A DNA stretch of 42,002 nucleotides from Octopus bimaculoides (Eukaryota). A model generated the notes under the pieces. That model did no database searches. It saw nothing but the letters and a program-made list of their open reading frames with translations, and was not told the origin of the DNA. The stretch is from NCBI RefSeq assembly GCF_001194135.2, contig NC_069005.1, positions 11,565,797 through 11,607,798 on the forward strand. The letters run 5' to 3'. Of the stretch, positions 35,973 through 42,002 are shown piece by piece (positions within the stretch are counted from its first letter, which is position 1; each line of letters starts with the position of its first letter). The position numbers and the translations under genes were made by a program.

Positions 35973-36741
35973 CTAGTGCTGTGTGCCCTGAGGTATATTT
36001 AAGGATTTGACTGTAGGTTTTAGGAATGTTCCCTGGAGGGGGTTTGTAGCGAGTGAAGCTCATGAAACAATACCACTTGCACAAGTCCTTTCGATCAAAC
36101 AGTGGTGACATCATGAGCTCCTTAGCGAAATATGTCCACAATTGTTGGCCTGTCATCTGTGAGGCCTCCTCAACTTGCAGCTTGCTTCGAAACAGGTGGC
36201 AAATCGGTTTGTTTGTATGCAGATCTGCCTCGATTTGAAATGTCTGTCGCTGGAAACCATGCTCCAGCAGTTTTTCGGCAGTGAATGTCTGAAGCAGTTG
36301 TGCAGCAAATGCAATTCGACGCAGTGCACTTTCAGCAGTGCAGTTCTCCCCTGAAGGTCCTTGGAACTCGCCACTGTCATCGGCACAGATGATGTAAACG
36401 GGACGCACGAAATGAGTAAAGTGAGGATTGATGAGAAACAAGGTGAGGATAAATTCCTCCGCTCCGAATTTGATGTGAACCAAGTTCTTTCCCAGTTCGA
36501 GATGAACCAGGGCCTTGAAACAGCCCTCCACTAGGAGCCAGCTGAGAGTCTTCCCAGATGCGCTGCTTTCGTTCCATACCTGCACTTGGCCGTCGAGTGA
36601 GGAAGAAGAAGAAGAAGAAAAGGAAGAAGGAGAAGAAGAAGAAGACTTTCCTGGTGCGGCTGAGACTACCTCTCCAACAAGAAGAGGTAAGGCAAAGGTC
36701 AGCTGTTCTCCATCGATGACATTGTGTACATGTATTACCAT
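35973..36741 (-). CDS. YIL108W-like: First coding exon of a putative zinc metalloproteinase, YIL108W-like (PF12044 Metallopep family)
   Basis: Non-repetitive 256-codon frame (MVIHVHN...FKALVHLELGKN...FQGP...SALRRIAFAAQLLQTFTAEKLLEHGFQRQTFQIE...GHTAL) with motifs I recognise from this family. The ORF-track start at 36753 is GTG; the first ATG is at 36741 (AAGAATGG context) with an in-frame TGA upstream. Ends at donor CTAG|GTAGGT, phase 1. Confidence 0.9.
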
Positions 36742-36779
36742 TCTTTGGTCCACGAGACACGTAGAGGTTCACACACAAT
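36742..36779 (-). other. 5' UTR portion of the first coding exon; implies a further upstream non-coding exon
   Basis: Pyrimidine-rich acceptor ttttctatattttgttgcag at 36780-36799 on the minus strand precedes the ATG by 38 nt; contains an in-frame TGA. Confidence 0.6.
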
Positions 36780-36894
36780 CTGCAACAAAATATAGAAAAT
36801 GTATTAAGTTAAAGTTAACGACAAGGAAGAGAGCCAACAAAGAACAACAACAACAACAACAAAATAATTAATAATCAAATATAAGGAATATATA

Positions 36895-37302
36895 GGCGCA
36901 GGAGTGGCTGTGTGGTAAGTAGCTTGCTTACCAACCACATGGTTCCGGGTTCAGTCCCACTGCGTGGCACCTTGGGCAAGTGTCTTCTACTATAGCCTCA
37001 GGCCAACCAAAGCCTTGTGAGTGGATTTGGTAGACGGAAACTGAAAGAAGCCCGTCGTATATATGTATATATATATGTGTATGTGTGTGTTTGTTTGTCT
37101 GTGTTCGTCCCCCACAACATCGCTTGACAACCGATGCTGGTGTGTTTACGTCTCCGTAACTTAGCGGTTCGGCAAAAAAAGACCGATAGAATAAGTACTA
37201 GGCTTCCAAAGAACAAGTCCTGGAGTCGATTTGCTTGACTAAAGGCGGTGCTCCAGCATGGCCGCAGTCAAATGACTGAAACAAGTAAAAGAGTAAAAAG
37301 AG
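36895..37302 (+). mobile_element. SINE family A, youngest full-length copy
   Basis: Pol III A-box TGGCTGTGTGG (36905) and B-box GGTTCAGTCCC; many CpGs retained; tail (GTAAAAGA)2. Confidence 0.92.
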
Positions 37303-37308
37303 TATATG

Positions 37309-37596
37309 TGAAGGCACATGACCTAGTGGTTAAGATGCTGCACTCACAATTACAAGATCAAGCTTTCAATTCTCAGATGGTAGGGAATTGTGTTCTTGAG
37401 CAAAACACTTCATTTTATGCTGCTCCAGTCCACTCAGCTGCAAATGAGTAACCTTATGACAGGCTGGCATTCCATGTTGGCCGGCCCAACTAGCCAACAG
37501 GATGACATCATTCAAAGGCTACAATGGCCAAGGAAGTGCATTGTAACCAGCGGTGCATAACGACATCTGATAGTATGATTGATACAATGGTAATGA
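37309..37596 (+). mobile_element. tRNA-derived SINE family D
   Basis: gacctagtggttaag head, then cttgagcaaaacacttc...ccactcagctgcaaatgagt core. Confidence 0.65.
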
Positions 37597-37806
37597 TTAA
37601 AATATAACAATTAATGTAGACAGAAATCTGAATTTATGTAACATATGTAAAGATGTTATATTGAAGATCAATACCATCACATCAATCTGTATTAGACAGG
37701 AACATAAAAAAAAGCATAAAAGTCAAACCAATAAGGAAGCCTACTCATTCTTGTTCAACCTGCTAGAAATAACAGCTAAATGTTCCTTGCATAGCATCTC
37801 ATTCTC

Positions 37807-38205
37807 TTAACCTTTTAGCATTTAAAATGGCCATATCCAGACCCAGATATTTTACCTGTTTCATGTTCATATTGATTGCCTTTCTGTGACTTAACTCTTT
37901 AGCATTTAAACTGGCTACATCCAGCCAAAATATTCTACCTGTTTCATGTTCAAATCGGCTGGATCTGGGCTCTTGCAACTATCATCATCATCATTTAACG
38001 TCCGCTTTCCATGCTAGCATGGGTTGGACGATTTGACTGAGGACTGGTGAACCAGATGGCTACACCAAGCTCCAATCTGATTTGGCAGAGTTTCTACAGA
38101 TTCTAAGAATACACAATTGCATCGTTAAACCTTATAAGCTATGACAGAATGCATGATTATTTCAAAACATAAGCAATCCATTTCACAGAGTAACCTAAAG
38201 GTTAA
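37807..38205. mobile_element. Second piggyBac-type MITE with duplicated left end and nested SINE C 3' fragment (37981-38099)
   Basis: TTAA-CYYTTTAGCATTTAAA at 37807 and 37891; ctaaaggTTAA at 38196-38205. Confidence 0.6.
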
Positions 38206-38916
38206 AGAGAAGAACACATAGTTCTAGTTAGACTTGGTCCAGCAGATCTGAGATCGAAAATGTACCAGGTCAAGCCTGTTATGCCATGAGTGGCATACAA
38301 GTTTTGCCGGATCACAAGGTTGACTTGTGGCTCAACAACAACAACAAAACATCATCGTTTCTATTTTGCTGCTCACCCACTGTCAGACATCCCTTACTCT
38401 CCCCATCACCACTCACTCCCAACACTCCTTCCCTCTCATTTCTACCCATCTTGTACCTTGAAGGCCCACTCTAACATCTCATCACAACTTATATAACTTC
38501 CAAGCTCCAAACCCCACCCTCTCTTCTAAAATGTAAGTCATCGTGTAGTTCCTCTCCAACAAGAAATCTGTTCTACACTGGTAACTTTTCTCTCATACTT
38601 TAACCCTCTTTACCCTTTCGTGTCCCGGCACAAAGTTCTCCCTCTACACTTGGGATTCATAGTTTTGCAAGCTATGTGGCAATCTCATTGGTACTGGTGG
38701 GAATGAACAAAATCCCCCAGTACATGTTATAAGGAATTTGGTGACAAGAACGGCATCCAGCTGTAGAAAAGCACACCTAACGAACAGTGGAGCATGATTC
38801 AGTCCTTGAGTGCACTGGATCCTCTCAAACTGTCCAATCCATGCCAGTATGGGACTTGGACATTAAGTTATGGAAATGATGATGATGATGATGCTGATAT
38901 ATATATGTATGTATGT

Positions 38917-39378
38917 AAATTCGACAACTGGCACCCATGCCAACGCCGTCTCCTTCATTGGACACGAAACACAGCTTGTGAAGACTTATTGGGGCAAGCG
39001 AAAGCGAAATCGGGATGGCACCTGTGTCCAGTGTCACCTTTCTGGCACTTGTGCCCGCAGCATGTATAAGGACTTTCGAGTGAGATCATTGCCAGTGCCC
39101 CTAGACTGGCTCTTGTGCAGGTGGCACATAAAATACACCATTTTGAGCGTGGCCGTTGCCAATACTGTCTGACTGGCCTTCGTGCTGGTGGCACATAAAA
39201 GCACCCTCTACACTCTCGGAGTGGTTGGCATTAGGAAGGGCATCCAGCTGTAGAAACTCTGCCAAATCAGATTGGAGCCTGGTGTAGCCTTCGGGCTCCA
39301 CCAGTCCTCAGTCAAATCTTCCAACCCATGCTAGCATGGAAAGCGGACGTTAAACGATGATGATGGCGATAATGATGT
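38917..39378 (+). mobile_element. SINE family C, longest copy
   Basis: Contains GGTTGGCATTAGGAAGGGCATCCAGCTGTAGAAAC and ends aagcggacgttaaacgatgatgat. Confidence 0.85.
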
Positions 39379-39900
39379 ATGTATGTATGTATGTATGATG
39401 TATGCATGCATGGACACACACACAAATGCACACACAGAAAATTAAAAAGGTCAAAGCACTCTGTTGTGTTTTTTAAATGTCTACAATTCAACCCTTAACA
39501 ACAACAACAACAACAACAACAGCAGCAGCAGCAGCAGCAGTAATGACAACAACAGCTAAAACAAAAACAACAAGAGTTGCTGCAATTACAACTTCAACAG
39601 AGACAATACCGACAGTGACAACAACAAGGACAGAGATGACAACCACAACAACAATAACAACGACATTAGCACCAGGAGCAGTAGCAGCAGCAGCAGCAAC
39701 ATCAACAACAACTACACCATTGAAAAGAGAGATGGGTGTTTGGAAGATATATAACCTTTAAATGTCAAAGTTTAATAAATCCATATACAGCTATCCCTGT
39801 ACATGTATGTGCACACACATACATACACACAAACAAATGATCCGCATATGCATATGTATAGAATGCATGTTGTGTATATGTCTGTGTGTATATATTTATA

Positions 39901-39967
<67 letters not shown>

Positions 39968-40714
39968 GAAAATGTCTCCATGTAAAATGTAAATATGTAT
40001 GTATACACATACATAGATATTCACATACCAACATGCATATATGTAAATATATATGGATACTTGTGTTTGTGTTTATATGTTCACATGCATATGTATACAC
40101 ACACACATACATATATGCACACACAAGTACTTGTAACAGTTTCAGAGACATAAAGTTTACTACTTTGATGTTTACATTGAAATTTTTTTTTATATAACGT
40201 TGGATCTTTGAAGTGCGTTCTGTGGTTTTGTGTTGCATTGGTCATTCAAGTACTACACTTCCTCATTGGCTGACCATGCATTCACAACAAGGAGCCATGG
40301 CAACTCATTTATAATACAGTACACAAAGTAATACTGGATAGAAAAAAAAACATTAGTTGATTATAGAATTTAAATAACAAGCCATAAAACATGAAAAGGA
40401 TAACAATGGAAGCTTTTTCTAATAGCAAAATACAAATCTAATTAAATATAAAAATATTGTCATGATTTAATGTCCATGTCCCATGCTGAGATGGGGTAGA
40501 TAGATTGAGTGAATCTGATGGGGCTGAGGACTTCATCAAGCTCCCGTGCCTGCTTTGGCATGGTTTCTATAAATTTCTGTCCCTCCTTAATGACCACCAG
40601 TATGGTTATTAGAATAGCCTCTCGAAAAAGATCATTTAGAGTACTTCCAATCCCACCCTGTAACAGTCCAGGATAGAGGAGGTCCTTCAGATCTTTAACT
40701 GCTCATCTAAGAGA

Positions 40715-41108
40715 GGGTTGCTATTGTTGGCACTCCATCGCTTACGACGTCAAGGGTTCCAGTTGATCCAATCAACGGAACAGCCTGCTCGTGAAATTAA
40801 CGGGCAAGTGGCTGAGCACTCCACAGACACGTGTACCCTTAACGTAGTTCTCAGGGATATTCAGCGTGACACAGAGTGTGACAAGGCTGACCCTTTGAAT
40901 TACAAGCACAACAGAAACAGGAAGAAAGAGTAAGAGAAAGTTGCGGTGGAAGAGTACAGCAGGGTTCGCTACCATCCCCTGCCGGAGCCTCGTGGAGCTT
41001 TGGGTGTTTTCGCTCAATAAACACTCACAACGCCCGGTCTGGGAATCGGAATCGCGATCCTATGACTGTGAGTCCGCTACCCTAACCACTGGGCCATTGC
41101 ACCTCCAC
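40715..41108 (-). mobile_element. tRNA-derived SINE family E, CpG-rich young copy
   Basis: Minus head gtggaggtgcaatggcccagtggttagggtagcggactcacagtc...gattccgattcccagacc with A/B-box-like motifs; no CCA end or full cloverleaf. Confidence 0.8.
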
Positions 41109-41953
41109 TAAGAGAAGGTAACTCATCCATACAAATCCTGCCTCTTGATAACTACTAAGCTCATGGCCCTTGTGCACCAGACCAACACAACTCCAAAGAA
41201 TAAGAGAAAAGGGCACCAAACACTTTACAGCATGTACAGGGGCCTTTTTTAATGCCACCAACACTAGTGAGATTACTATGCAACTTGTAAGACTATGAAC
41301 CCTGAGCGGGGAGAGGTAATTCATGCTAGGCGAATAAGGAGTAGAGATGGGGTAAGTATGAGAGAAAAATGATAGAACAGAATAGGTTTTTTTTTGCTGG
41401 AGTGGAGCTATATGACAACTTAGATTTTAGAAGAGAAGGTTGAGGGGAGCTGGAGAGCTATTGTAAAAAGGGGAAAAAAAAATTATAGTATCATGAAATC
41501 TACCAGGCATTACCATTTAATTATTTAAAATCCATCTTTGATGATTTTATCAGTTATAGCAATATTTGCAAAACTTTTTGTAACTGATTGTAGAATATGT
41601 GGCCTAAATGCTATTACAATAGTTTGATATGAAAATGGCTTAGAAATGTCAGTGCCAAATCAATTCAAACATAACAGACTAATATAGGAACAAGACAAAT
41701 ATATACCTATACATATATACATACATTCATATATGTGCATGCATGTATATATACACACACATGCATACACATAGATGTATATGCATAAATATGTATATGA
41801 ATATATATATACATATACATAATATGCATATACATATAACTACATATACATGCATGCATATATAAACATACATGTGTGTGTGTGTACAACTACAAATTTG
41901 CAAGTACTCACACACAACATACATACATACATACATATACACAAACACATACA

Positions 41954-42002
<49 letters not shown>

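Noticed and set aside
36053-36871. Plus-strand and alternative-frame ORFs over exon 1
   Set aside because: Shadows of the real minus-strand exon.
40200-40330. CCAAT/ETS/TATA-like words as the gene's promoter
   Set aside because: Short motifs expected by chance in AT-rich DNA; no downstream donor identified.
1-42002. CRISPR arrays, operons or prokaryotic systems
   Set aside because: Sequence is eukaryotic; no constant repeat with unique spacers.

Overview
Eukaryotic, AT-rich, microsatellite-saturated draft scaffold with 12 N-gaps totalling about 5.1 kb. The repeat families look like Octopus (possibly O. bimaculoides; inferred, not proven). One protein-coding gene is supportable: a minus-strand YIL108W-like (PF12044 Metallopep-type) putative zinc metalloproteinase. 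Its two visible coding exons are 36741-35973 and 28240-28108; they join in phase (GHTAL-G-GGGLALFGSGNLHTW) across a 7.7-kb GT-AG intron with a perfect TACTAAC branch point. I could not find the expected HExxH exon in the readable sequence. Everything else is mobile DNA and simple repeats: at least five SINE-like families (labelled A-E here, plus unclassified F), RTE and other LINE fragments, mariner, hAT and piggyBac-type MITEs (several nested), and a Penelope-type minimal hammerhead ribozyme motif. The best second-look items are the hammerhead motif, a bipartite internally deleted RTE element, inverted SINE pairs that could form dsRNA in the pre-mRNA, and the missing catalytic exon. Almost all ORFs in the supplied track are artefacts of microsatellites or N-runs. 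No evidence of a new multi-gene system. Repeat boundaries are approximate (read by eye).
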